The notes under the pieces were generated by a model. The model was not told where the DNA came from. It did no database searches and saw nothing but the letters and a program-made list of their open reading frames with translations. A program made the position numbers and the translations under genes. Of a DNA stretch of 64,000 bases, positions 33,277 through 42,218 are shown one piece after another. This stretch comes from Thermococcus sp. JdFR-02 (GTDB taxonomy: Archaea > Methanobacteriota_B > Thermococci > Thermococcales > Thermococcaceae), in contig MTLP01000042.1 of NCBI GenBank assembly GCA_002009975.1, forward strand, positions 192,001 through 256,000, in the 5' to 3' direction. Within the stretch, counting starts at the first letter, position 1; each line of letters opens with the position of its first letter.

Positions 33277-34197
33277 TTATTGAGGTTTAAGATTATTGCT
33301 CAAATTACCCACTTTTCCTTCTCTAATGGCAGGGTATAATTGTACTAATAAAACACCACAAAAAACCATGGACATTCCCACAATCTTGTATAGAGTGAGT
33401 GTTTCTTTTAAGAAAACATATGCTAACAGCGTTATCTGTATTAGCATCGTATTTTGGAGTATTGATTGCTCATAAGCTTTGAGAGTCTTTAAAGGGTGGT
33501 TCCAGAGAACAAAAGCCAATGCAGTATTTACAACACTTAAGAATAGTATTATAATCCATCCTCTATGAGAGGGCATAGTAAGATTTCCACTAAAAATAGC
33601 CGCCCCAAAGAGCATTAGAGACCCTAATGTCATAGACCATGCAGTTAATCCAATTACATTTTCCTGATTCTTCCTAAGATAGTGCCTCATGAGAACCATA
33701 TATGTAGCCCATCCAATCCCCGAGATAAGGGTTACAACAATGCCTAATGCCTCATTAAAAATTAGTGTACTTCCAATAAAGAACACCCTAACTCCAAGCA
33801 ACACAAAAATTATCCCTAACAGCTGGATAAATGAAGGAACTTCCCTGAGAAAGATGGTACTTAAAACAACAACAAAAACAGGCGTTAAATTAAGGATAAA
33901 CGTCACAGTAATGGCGGGTAGGTAATATAAGCCCACAAACTGCAAGCCTTGAGCTATAAAGTACCCTGTAAATCCAAGAAAAATAAACCACAAAACTTGT
34001 TTTGAAGTAATTCTAACCTGCCGAATTCCATATAACCGAAATACAAAGAGTATTAAGGCAAGAGAACCTAAAAGATATCTATAAGCGGCAAAAGTTATTG
34101 GATTAAGCTCTTTGAGACCAAGCTTAATGAGGACGTAAGAAGTTGACCACAAAAATGTAACAAATAAAGCTTCAGCTAATGCATGTGTCCTTTTCAT
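33277..34197 (-). CDS. DMT/EamA family transporter
   Basis: About 10 hydrophobic segments in two EamA repeats (FLWSTSY...YRY; PVFVVVLSTIFLRE); start trimmed to avoid overlapping folP. Confidence 0.85.
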   Translation of the reverse strand: MKRTHALAEALFVTFLWSTSYVLIKLGLKELNPITFAAYRYLLGSLALILFVFRLYGIRQVRITSKQVLWFIFLGFTGYFIAQGLQFVGLYYLPAITVTFILNLTPVFVVVLSTIFLREVPSFIQLLGIIFVLLGVRVFFIGSTLIFNEALGIVVTLISGIGWATYMVLMRHYLRKNQENVIGLTAWSMTLGSLMLFGAAIFSGNLTMPSHRGWIIILFLSVVNTALAFVLWNHPLKTLKAYEQSILQNTMLIQITLLAYVFLKETLTLYKIVGMSMVFCGVLLVQLYPAIREGKVGNLSNNLKPQ

Positions 34198-34302
34198 GGT
34201 ATTCATTAGTGTAGGCAAATTTAAAAAACTTCTCTTTTGGAGAACAATATTTTCAAAAAACTTATCAATCTCAAGAAAAAGCAAAGTTTCAGGTGATGAA
34301 CT

Positions 34303-35130
34303 ATGAAATTTGCTGGCGTTGATATAAGCGAACCAAAAATTATGGGAGTAATTAATGTTTCTCCCGAGAGCTTTTTTAAGGGGAGTGTAAAGACTCAAGA
34401 GGAAGAGCTGATTAATACAGCTTTAAAAATGATCGAAGATGGGGCTTCTTTTATTGATATTGGGGCAAAGTCAACAGCACCCTATCTTGAAACTCAAATC
34501 CCCATTGAAGAAGAAATAAGGAGAGCGGTCCAGGCAATAAAAACTATCCGTGAGCATGTGGATGTTCCAATAAGCATTGATACAACGAGTGCAAAAGTTG
34601 CTGAAGAGGCTATAAAAGCTGGTGCAGATATAATAAACGACGTTAGCGGTTTAAAAGGCGATAAAAACATGGTAAAGGTTGCAAAAGAATACGAGGTTCC
34701 AATAATCATTTGTGCCCATAAAGAAAGGGTTGAGGATTTTAGGGACCCAGTTCATGAAGTTATTGACGATTTAAAGGAGAGCCTTCAAATAGCATACAAA
34801 AATGGAATTGAGAAGGAAAAAATCGTGATTGATCCAGCAATTGGCTTTTTGAGACCAAAATATCCACCTTGGTATGAATGGGATTCAAAAATCTTGGCTA
34901 ATTTGAACATGCTCAAAATCTTTGGCTTGCCAATTTTAGTGGGTGTTTCAAGAAAGTCATTCATAGGTGCAATAACGGGAAGAAAAGACCCAATGGAAAG
35001 GCTGGCTGGTTCCTTAAGTGCTACTGCAGTTGCTGTTTTCAATGGAGCGAACATAGTTAGGACACATGATGTCAAAGAGACGTTAGATGCTGTTAAGGTC
35101 GCTTGGTTTATGAGGAAGTTTAGAATGTAA
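34303..35130 (+). CDS. folP: Dihydropteroate synthase
   Basis: MGVINVSPESF, DIGAKST, SIDT, INDVSG, DPAIGF, GVSRKSF and RTHDV motifs. Confidence 0.93.
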   Translation: MKFAGVDISEPKIMGVINVSPESFFKGSVKTQEEELINTALKMIEDGASFIDIGAKSTAPYLETQIPIEEEIRRAVQAIKTIREHVDVPISIDTTSAKVAEEAIKAGADIINDVSGLKGDKNMVKVAKEYEVPIIICAHKERVEDFRDPVHEVIDDLKESLQIAYKNGIEKEKIVIDPAIGFLRPKYPPWYEWDSKILANLNMLKIFGLPILVGVSRKSFIGAITGRKDPMERLAGSLSATAVAVFNGANIVRTHDVKETLDAVKVAWFMRKFRM

Positions 35131-35133
35131 AAG

Positions 35134-35442
35134 TTATTTTTCCAACTCTTCTGCAATTTCTCTTAGTATTTTTGAGAGACAAAGCTCAACATCCTTAGTT
35201 TTGTAATATTTTCTCACAATCATTCTCTTTTCATCAAATTCAACTCGATATTCCAAAAGGCCAGCGCTCATCAATTTTCTAAGATGAGAAATTAAGAGTG
35301 GTTTTGAAATTCCTAAAAATTCTCTAAGTTCTCTGCTTGTTCGTTCTCTATTCAAGCATAACGCTAGTATCTTTAGCCTAATTGGACTGGAAAGTGCTCT
35401 GAAAACTTCCGCTCCTCTCTCTGCAATCTTTTCCTCGTTAAT
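35134..35442 (-). CDS. ArsR/SmtB-family winged-HTH regulator; apparent ATT start
   Basis: Frame extends 5' of the TTG at 35355 through FRALSSPIRLKIL (ArsR helix 1-2 signature) to ATT ATT ATT after GGGGG. In-frame TAA just upstream; no ATG/GTG/TTG in that interval. Confidence 0.75.
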   Translation of the reverse strand: MNEEKIAERGAEVFRALSSPIRLKILALCLNRERTSRELREFLGISKPLLISHLRKLMSAGLLEYRVEFDEKRMIVRKYYKTKDVELCLSKILREIAEELEK

Positions 35443-35456
35443 AATAATCCCCCGCT

Positions 35457-35696
35457 TTATTCTTTAAGTTCTTCCCTAAGCTCTCTTATCTCTTTTCTAA
35501 GTAGTTTTATCTCTTCAAGCAAGCTTTCCATAACTTGCTCCATCTTAGGAACAGATTCTTTATCTCTGCTACCTTGTTGGAAGCTCACTCCAGCGTATTT
35601 TAAAAGTATACCTATCACTAATGCTCCAATTATGATAAAAATTATCCACAATATAAATTCCATCCCTGGAGGTAAAGGTGGTAATGGCATCTTCAT
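35457..35696 (-). CDS. Small single-pass membrane protein with Pro-rich N-terminus and coiled-coil tail
   Basis: PLPPLPP, a hydrophobic helix and LLEEIKLLRKEIRELREEL; coupled to its neighbours. Confidence 0.7.
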   Translation of the reverse strand: MKMPLPPLPPGMEFILWIIFIIIGALVIGILLKYAGVSFQQGSRDKESVPKMEQVMESLLEEIKLLRKEIRELREELKE

Positions 35697-36244
35697 CCCT
35701 CCTTTGTTAGAATTTCCCTTATTCCATGCAAGACTTCAATTGTCAAATGAGCATAAACCTTACTTTCTGTATATTGACCCTTTTCATATAAACTTCTCGA
35801 TTTTTCATAAAATCTTTCTGCTAGGTTCTCAAGTTCATCAATTTCGGTGTTTTTAGTTTGTGAAGAAATTATAAGCCTCTTAACTTCTTGAAATTCCCTA
35901 TAAGCATGCCAAAGCTCATTTTGGCTTATTTCTTGTTCTGAAGGGGGCTTTGGAGGCCGAGGGGGAGTTAGGGTATTCGACTCTGGCTGAAGCGGCATAG
36001 GTGGGTTTTGTTCTTTTATCTTTGATTCTTCTGGTAAGATTTGGGAAATTTCATTAGGAGCTGGTGGCTCTGGAGGCTGTGTTTGCAATGATTCATTTAT
36101 ATCTGGGCTTGGTGGAATTGGAGGTTGGGGAGGCAAAGATGATAACTGTGGAGGTAATTCATCTCCATTTACTGTCATGACAACTACTCCTCCAATGCCT
36201 AATACTACTAATGCTATTCCCAACTTTTTAACAGTGGTCGACAT
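35693..36244 (-). CDS. Membrane-anchored or secreted Pro-rich protein
   Basis: N-terminal signal/TM helix, Pro/Gln-rich linker, helical C-terminal domain; SD GGTGA before ATG 36244. Confidence 0.7.
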   Translation of the reverse strand: MSTTVKKLGIALVVLGIGGVVVMTVNGDELPPQLSSLPPQPPIPPSPDINESLQTQPPEPPAPNEISQILPEESKIKEQNPPMPLQPESNTLTPPRPPKPPSEQEISQNELWHAYREFQEVKRLIISSQTKNTEIDELENLAERFYEKSRSLYEKGQYTESKVYAHLTIEVLHGIREILTKEG

Positions 36245-36255
36245 AAGTTTCACCA

Positions 36256-36284
36256 GGTAAACGTTTGTTTACCCACTATATAAA
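36256..36284 (-). promoter_or_regulatory. Promoter with operator GGTAAAC-N4-GTTTACC
   Basis: Perfect 7-bp inverted repeat (36256-36273) between TATA TTTATATA (36284-36277) and the SD. Confidence 0.65.
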
Positions 36285-36314
36285 GCTTTCGCTTAAATCT
36301 GTATCTGGGTTATT

Positions 36315-37379
36315 TCATTTAATAGTATTCCACAAAAAGTAACACAAAATTCCAACTAGGAAAGCTAAGCTGTTATATAAATGAAACTCTATGAGATAGC
36401 TGCCTGAATTAGCACAATTCTCTTTATAAAGGCGATATGAGATTACACTCGCAAGAGATCCTATCAAAGTTCCAAAACCTCCAATACTAACGCCCCAAAG
36501 CAAAGCCTTCCAATCGCTTGTAAAGTCTGCAAATAACAGGGCACTTGGAACATTGCTTATTATTTGACTTGAAAATGCAGAATAAAGAAAAACTTGAGCT
36601 GAACTTTCTAAACTAAAGCTTAAGATATGTACAAGATTGTCTGTAAAGCCGAAGAAGGCTAGGAATGTCGCCAAAAGGAAATAGTCAATAAACAAAGCCT
36701 CTACATTAAACAAGAGAGAGTAAATTATTGGTAAAATGCCAGTCTCAAGAGGCAAAACTCTTAAAACAGCTAAAACAAAGAAAATAAAGAAAACTAAATA
36801 AACGTAAGCTCTTTTATCAAATTTTTCGATTTTTCTGCCCTCTCCTTTGATATTTGCCTTCTTATATGTTATCAACAAAACGAAAGAGAGTGAGACAAAA
36901 GTAAAAGGAGCAATGGTCTTAACAAAATCCCATGGATGAATATGATAATAGTAGTAGATGAAAATGTTTTGAGGATTTCCAAATGGTGTAAGTGATGAAG
37001 CGCCATTAGCTGTTATTGTTTCTAAAATTACTAAAATAGCCTTGTTCTCAACATTAAGTACTAATGTTAAAGGAACAATTGTTAATAATGCCACATCATT
37101 TGTCACAAACATTGAGAGGAAAGCAGTTAGCAGGATTAGTTTTAATGATAGGTAGTTACCTTCTTCAAACTTAGAAGCAACACTATGGAGAAATCCACTC
37201 TTTTCTAAGCCTTTAACGATAACCAAAAAGACAAAAAGGGTATAGATTACTTTAAAATCATTTTTGGAATAAGAAGGTAGTCGTCTTGAATAAAGAGAAG
37301 ATAAGATTAACCCAATAGAAACCAAAATCAAAAGCCATTCTTCTATGAATCTCCTAATGAACATATTTTCTCTTTTCAT
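36315..37379 (-). CDS. IT-superfamily (ArsB/NhaD/CitMHS-like) anion permease
   Basis: SMFVTND, ANGASSLTPFGNPQN, ISNVP and GGFGTLIGSLA motifs; many TM helices. Confidence 0.85.
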   Translation of the reverse strand: MKRENMFIRRFIEEWLLILVSIGLILSSLYSRRLPSYSKNDFKVIYTLFVFLVIVKGLEKSGFLHSVASKFEEGNYLSLKLILLTAFLSMFVTNDVALLTIVPLTLVLNVENKAILVILETITANGASSLTPFGNPQNIFIYYYYHIHPWDFVKTIAPFTFVSLSFVLLITYKKANIKGEGRKIEKFDKRAYVYLVFFIFFVLAVLRVLPLETGILPIIYSLLFNVEALFIDYFLLATFLAFFGFTDNLVHILSFSLESSAQVFLYSAFSSQIISNVPSALLFADFTSDWKALLWGVSIGGFGTLIGSLASVISYRLYKENCANSGSYLIEFHLYNSLAFLVGILCYFLWNTIK

Positions 37380-37614
37380 TAAAAACAAAATTCGACGGAT
37401 AATATTTAAATCATTCTCTCTGAAAAAGAAATTCTTCTAAATAAATAGTAATTGCTCCAAATTTTCAAACTCCAACTTTGTTTAAAATGCTAACGATTGA
37501 ATTAATTTTTTAGAAAATTTTCCTGTTCTAGGATTTATGATACATCTCTCTTAAATAGCTCCCAATAATAATATCTTTAAACATCAACTTCAAATAAATC
37601 ATCAGGTGCAGAAA

Positions 37615-38490
37615 ATGGAAAACATTGAGAGGGCGGTCAGAAATGTCCTCAGAAAGGTAAGCGAACATAGAGCACTTTATGAGAAGAACGAAGAAGCTGT
37701 AAAACAGCACTTACTTAGTGAAATATTTCAAGCGCTCAAATGGGACTGGGGAAATCCTAAGGAAGTGAGACCTGAAGAGAGGACAGAAGAAGGAAGGGCT
37801 GATTATGCTTTAATCCTAAATAATAGGGTTGTTGCCTTTGTTGAGGCAAAAAACTTGAGCGTTAATGTTCTTAAGAACGATAAACCCCTTAGACAGCTTG
37901 GAAGATACTGCTTTTTTCAAGGAGTTAAATATGGAATTCTGACGAATGGGATCGAATGGAGAGTAATCAAATCGTTTGAAGAAGGTTCAAGGCTTGAAGA
38001 TAGGGTTATTCTGAGTATAGACCTTGAGAATGAAGCAGTTGAAAGAAGTGCTTTTAAGCTTAGCTTACTTTCTAAAGACAGAATAGAAAAACTTGAAAAA
38101 CTTTCTGCTTTGTTAAAAGCTCTTGAAGTCAGTTTTGAAGAATTAAGGAGAGCTGGGTTTAAGGAAGAAGTGATAATCAACTATCTCCAAAGGGCTTCAA
38201 CTAAAGTGACCGTTGTAACCCTTGATAAACTTAAGGAAGATGAAACTCCAAAAGCCCTTTATGTATATGATAAGGGCTGGAAAGTTTTACCACTAACCGA
38301 AAAGAGCCTAAAAGGGGTTTTGCTATCTCTTCTTCTCTATCTAGCAGAAAAAAGTGAAGGAAACGAAAAAGAGGAAATTAAAAGAGCTTATGAGTATCTC
38401 AAAAAGCTCCCTCTCGAAACAGAGAAAGTTCTAAAGCTTCTGCGAGAAATTGAGAACGAGAAGGGAATTAAGATAGCTGTTGAGATCTAA
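37615..38490 (+). CDS. Protein with type I restriction HsdR N-terminal (PD-D/ExK) domain
   Basis: EEAVKQ...L.W...EVRPE...GRADYAL...VEAK...QLGRY...GILTNGIEW; no helicase domain. Confidence 0.8.
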   Translation: MENIERAVRNVLRKVSEHRALYEKNEEAVKQHLLSEIFQALKWDWGNPKEVRPEERTEEGRADYALILNNRVVAFVEAKNLSVNVLKNDKPLRQLGRYCFFQGVKYGILTNGIEWRVIKSFEEGSRLEDRVILSIDLENEAVERSAFKLSLLSKDRIEKLEKLSALLKALEVSFEELRRAGFKEEVIINYLQRASTKVTVVTLDKLKEDETPKALYVYDKGWKVLPLTEKSLKGVLLSLLLYLAEKSEGNEKEEIKRAYEYLKKLPLETEKVLKLLREIENEKGIKIAVEI

Positions 38491-38491
38491 A

Positions 38492-38716
38492 TCACTTTGC
38501 ATGGATATCTACAACTTCCGCTTTTTCTAAAATCTTTTTTACAACATCGGCTTTGTCTGTGAAAACGCTAACTCTTCCATCTGGATGCTTTTTAACAATA
38601 ATATCAACCCTCTTCTCTATTGGATTTGCAAATAGAATACCAACCGGAACTTCAATTTTCTCATATCCTTCAAGCTCTAAATTCGGCAACTCCCTCAACA
38701 CAAGCTCCACTATCAT
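38492..38716 (-). CDS. Small hypothetical protein
   Basis: SD GGTGA and host-like codon usage. Confidence 0.6.
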   Translation of the reverse strand: MIVELVLRELPNLELEGYEKIEVPVGILFANPIEKRVDIIVKKHPDGRVSVFTDKADVVKKILEKAEVVDIHAK

Positions 38717-38868
38717 AAAAATCACCACTAATTGCTTATCTAGTCAAGTATAAACAAGTTTTGGTTCATTTGTCTAATTTCAGAGAGAAAGCTTTAAGCA
38801 GCATTGTTGAAAATGGATTACAAAGAAAAGTTTAAATAGTAAAAGCCGATTTAACCATGAGGGATAAT

Positions 38869-38955
38869 ATGAGACATGTTTTAATCTCAATAATTGTCAT
38901 TTTAACAATTACAGTTCCTCTCAATAACTCAATTAGCAAGGAGGTAGATGGATGA
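38869..38955 (+). CDS. Unannotated 28-aa hydrophobic ORF (MRHVLISIIVILTITVPLNNSISKEVDG)
   Basis: Downstream of TATA TTTAAATA (38831-38838) and GAGGGA; its stop overlaps the next ATG (ATGA 38952-38955). Confidence 0.45.
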   Translation: MRHVLISIIVILTITVPLNNSISKEVDG

Positions 38956-39848
38956 AAAAATTTGCCCTTTTGCTTGTTGGAATGCTTTTAATTGGCTTGG
39001 CTGCTGGATGTATTGAAAAAGAGGAATCAAAGACCTCAACAACTTCAACGACTCGAATCTCCTCAACTACATCAACAATAACTCAAACAGAAACTACACC
39101 TACCATTGAACAAGAACAGCCTGAACAAACTGTCAAGAAAGTCTACACAAGAGAGGAACTCATAAAAAAGCTAGAGGAAATCAAGAGATTCACGTTCCTT
39201 GAAAATACCAGCGTAACTTTTGATGTAAAAGTAAAGCAGGGAAATTTAACATTTAATGCTGGTGAAGTGAACATAATCACAAAGAAAGTTGGATATGTTG
39301 ATTTAGAAAATCTTGAGGCAGATATAAACACCACAACAACGATCTTTCCTGGTGGAGCATCAAGCCTTACAAGAGAGATCATAAAAGACAACAGCGTCTA
39401 TTTATATGCAAATGGGATGTGGCAGAAATTAAGCAATGAAACTTTTGGATTCTCTCCTGAACTTCTGATAAACCTAACCTGGAAGTATAATCTTGTCAGC
39501 TTTGTTAAGCTCTATCTTCAAGAAGAGCCTCAGAATGTGACCATGGCAAATGAGACTCAAGTCTATTATTACACCGTGAAAGATGAAGATTTGGAAGAAA
39601 TTGTAACTCTCTTTATGGGAATTGGAAACAACGCTAATATAACTTTCAACGTCAGCAATGGAATATTGGAGATAACCTTCAAAGATGGTATCCTTTACGG
39701 CGGCAGAGTTATGTATGAATTGGAAATCAGGATAAAAGATGTCAATGCAGAGGTCATAGAAAAAGGACAAGAATACGATGAGTTTGTAATAAAAGACATC
39801 AACGTGAAGAAGAAAGTAGAAGAGCCAAAAGAGAGTGTTAAAGCGTAA
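38952..39848 (+). CDS. Putative lipoprotein
   Basis: MKK-hydrophobic-AAGC lipobox, Thr/Ser-rich linker, many N-x-S/T sites. Confidence 0.8.
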   Translation: MKKFALLLVGMLLIGLAAGCIEKEESKTSTTSTTRISSTTSTITQTETTPTIEQEQPEQTVKKVYTREELIKKLEEIKRFTFLENTSVTFDVKVKQGNLTFNAGEVNIITKKVGYVDLENLEADINTTTTIFPGGASSLTREIIKDNSVYLYANGMWQKLSNETFGFSPELLINLTWKYNLVSFVKLYLQEEPQNVTMANETQVYYYTVKDEDLEEIVTLFMGIGNNANITFNVSNGILEITFKDGILYGGRVMYELEIRIKDVNAEVIEKGQEYDEFVIKDINVKKKVEEPKESVKA

Positions 39849-39914
39849 AGGTGTATTTGGGTCGTTTAGAAAATCTTTTATCTTTCCCTTATCTTATTTT
39901 TCTGATGTGGGACT

Positions 39915-41474
39915 ATGTGTGAGTATGTATTTAAAAATGGTAAAAAATGCCGTGATGCACCTTTAGAGGGCTCAAAGTACTGTGCCTTGCACATAAGTTT
40001 TGAGAAAGGAGAGAGATTATTCGGACGTGAAGAATTAAAAAAGCTTAAAGAAGAGGCTTTTAAAAAGAAAATTGAGAAGGGATGGCTGTATTTTGAAGGT
40101 GTTTACCTTTATGAAGCTAAGATTTCAAATGCAAAATTCAAAAAGAACATAATTTTTAACAAATCGAAGATACTCACGCTGAACATAGAGAAATCCGAGA
40201 TAGATGGTAATATCATCTGTATAAACATAAACTCCGAAAGGGTTGTAATAATTGATACAAAAGTCAAAAATATTGTTATAAGGAATTCCGAAATTTTTGG
40301 GCTTAACATTGTAAAATTGTCATTTTATGAGAACGTACTCTTGTATAACAACCAAATCCGTTATATTATGCTCAATGACTTCCATTTTGAGGGCAGAATA
40401 CCGAAAACAGAAGAAAGAGAAAGTTATTCTGAGAGGGAGTATCAACTTGGGAAAGTTGAAATTAAAAACCTCTCAAATTTAAGGCGGATTGCAGTAAACT
40501 CAAAATATCCTTACTTAGACACCCTCCTACAGCAGGAAAACATTAAATATTCTGAAATAACGAGGAAAAAATCTAAAGCGAATCTCTTCGCGCTGAGTGG
40601 AATAAAATTTGATGAAAGTCCGAAACTGAGAAGGCAGGTTAGGGTGTCTATTAGAAACGTTAGCGCTCAGCTTGTTATGGAGGATCTCTCCATTCCGGGA
40701 CACGTTTATATTGCAACAAGCAGAATTACTAGGCCTGAATTTATAAATGTGAAAATTCACAACAACCTCATCTTCAACAGGGTTTACTTTGTAAGCGATG
40801 AAATGTGGAATTTAACGGCTCTTCCAAATATTGCAACTGAAGTAACAATTAATGGATACATGCTTGTTGAGGATTGTAGGTTTAGCAACCCAGAGATTGA
40901 AGAAGCGGTTTATAAAAAAGCCAGAAAAATCTGGGAGGAGCATGGAGACAAAGAAAAGGCTGATGAGTATTTCTATCATGAAATGGTGGCGAGAAGAAAG
41001 AGGAAACTTAGAAGAGCTGGACAAAGTTTGAGAAGATTCTTAGAAAAGATTAAGCTTGGGATTATAGGCAAAATTTTTGGACGCATTTTAAAGAAACTCT
41101 CCTTTCTTCAAATCCCAAGAAAACTTCGAAAGTTGATTCTTCTCTTAGAGACATTTGCAGAATGGCTCCTGGCAGATTTAACATGCAAATATGGGACAGA
41201 TTGGAAGAGACCAATCATACTCTGGGTTTTTATGGTCAACATAGTCTTTCCAATCTTATATTACTCCACCCAAAGCGTCTATGGTAATGGAGTTCCTTTA
41301 ACATCTTTCCTCGCCTATGAATACTTTAGCATAGTAACGGCAACCACCCTCGGCTACGGTGACCTTCATCCTCTTGGCATTGGGAGGGTAATAGCCTCAA
41401 TAGAAGCAATCTTTGGAATGTTTATGTGGGCTGTATTCCTAACAGTTTTTGCTAGAAAATATATGAGACACTGA
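39915..41474 (+). CDS. Two-TM K+ channel (Ion_trans_2-like) with large N-terminal soluble region
   Basis: YFSIVTATTLGYGD filter; N-terminal C..C..CALH motif; I/N-rich, beta-solenoid-like middle region. Confidence 0.85.
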   Translation: MCEYVFKNGKKCRDAPLEGSKYCALHISFEKGERLFGREELKKLKEEAFKKKIEKGWLYFEGVYLYEAKISNAKFKKNIIFNKSKILTLNIEKSEIDGNIICININSERVVIIDTKVKNIVIRNSEIFGLNIVKLSFYENVLLYNNQIRYIMLNDFHFEGRIPKTEERESYSEREYQLGKVEIKNLSNLRRIAVNSKYPYLDTLLQQENIKYSEITRKKSKANLFALSGIKFDESPKLRRQVRVSIRNVSAQLVMEDLSIPGHVYIATSRITRPEFINVKIHNNLIFNRVYFVSDEMWNLTALPNIATEVTINGYMLVEDCRFSNPEIEEAVYKKARKIWEEHGDKEKADEYFYHEMVARRKRKLRRAGQSLRRFLEKIKLGIIGKIFGRILKKLSFLQIPRKLRKLILLLETFAEWLLADLTCKYGTDWKRPIILWVFMVNIVFPILYYSTQSVYGNGVPLTSFLAYEYFSIVTATTLGYGDLHPLGIGRVIASIEAIFGMFMWAVFLTVFARKYMRH

Positions 41475-41504
41475 ATTTCTTAAAATTTTAAGGGAAATGG
41501 TTCA

Positions 41505-42146
41505 TCATTCAATCCAGATTTCCAATCTCTGCTTTCCTCTTCCAATGCTTGAGCGTTTAAGCTTTTTAATATGTCCAATCTCCTTTATGTCTTTCACATG
41601 AGTTCCTCCACAAGGTAAAATCTCAAAGTCCCTTATCTGTGTTAATCTTGTCTCTCCTTCCCACCAGATCTTCATTTCACCGCCTTCATCAACATACTTG
41701 TTGAAAAGCTCAATCATCTTTTCCTTGTATTTGTTCAAGTTTTCTGGATATTCAACATCATAACGACCCTTCTCATAGCTTAACCCGCTTCCAGCTATTC
41801 TCCAATTTCCTTTACCTAAGACTTCATTTAAAACATGATCTAAGAGATGCATGGCGGAATGAATTCTCATAAGCTTATAGCGATAATCCCAATCAATTTT
41901 TAACTCAACCTCATCGCCAACTTTAAATTTACTTGCATCTTCAACCACATGCCAAACATTGCCCTCTTCATCCTTGTATACGTCCAAAACAGTTATCCCA
42001 CTTATCGTTCCTTTATCGTGAGGCTGTCCTCCTCCCGTTGGATAGAAGATTGTTTGGTTTAGAAGTAAAGCATTCTCTTTTATTTCAAGCACCTTTGCCT
42101 TTGCTTCCTTTAGATAAGCATCTTCATAATAAAGCTTCTTTGTCAT
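41505..42146 (-). CDS. alaXM: Alanyl-tRNA editing protein AlaX-M
   Basis: LYYEDAY, FYPTGGGQPHD, HSAMH and CGGTH motifs. Confidence 0.92.
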   Translation of the reverse strand: MTKKLYYEDAYLKEAKAKVLEIKENALLLNQTIFYPTGGGQPHDKGTISGITVLDVYKDEEGNVWHVVEDASKFKVGDEVELKIDWDYRYKLMRIHSAMHLLDHVLNEVLGKGNWRIAGSGLSYEKGRYDVEYPENLNKYKEKMIELFNKYVDEGGEMKIWWEGETRLTQIRDFEILPCGGTHVKDIKEIGHIKKLKRSSIGRGKQRLEIWIE

Positions 42147-42218
42147 TTAAACCACCAAGAATAATACAAGCAAACATCTATAAAATTCTTTTTACAAAAG
42201 AAAAAATAAATTAAAGGA

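Noticed and set aside
34198-34398. Long N-terminus of the EamA ORF overlapping folP
   Set aside because: It overlaps the folP start and promoter head-to-head; EamA-like sequence begins at about 34197.
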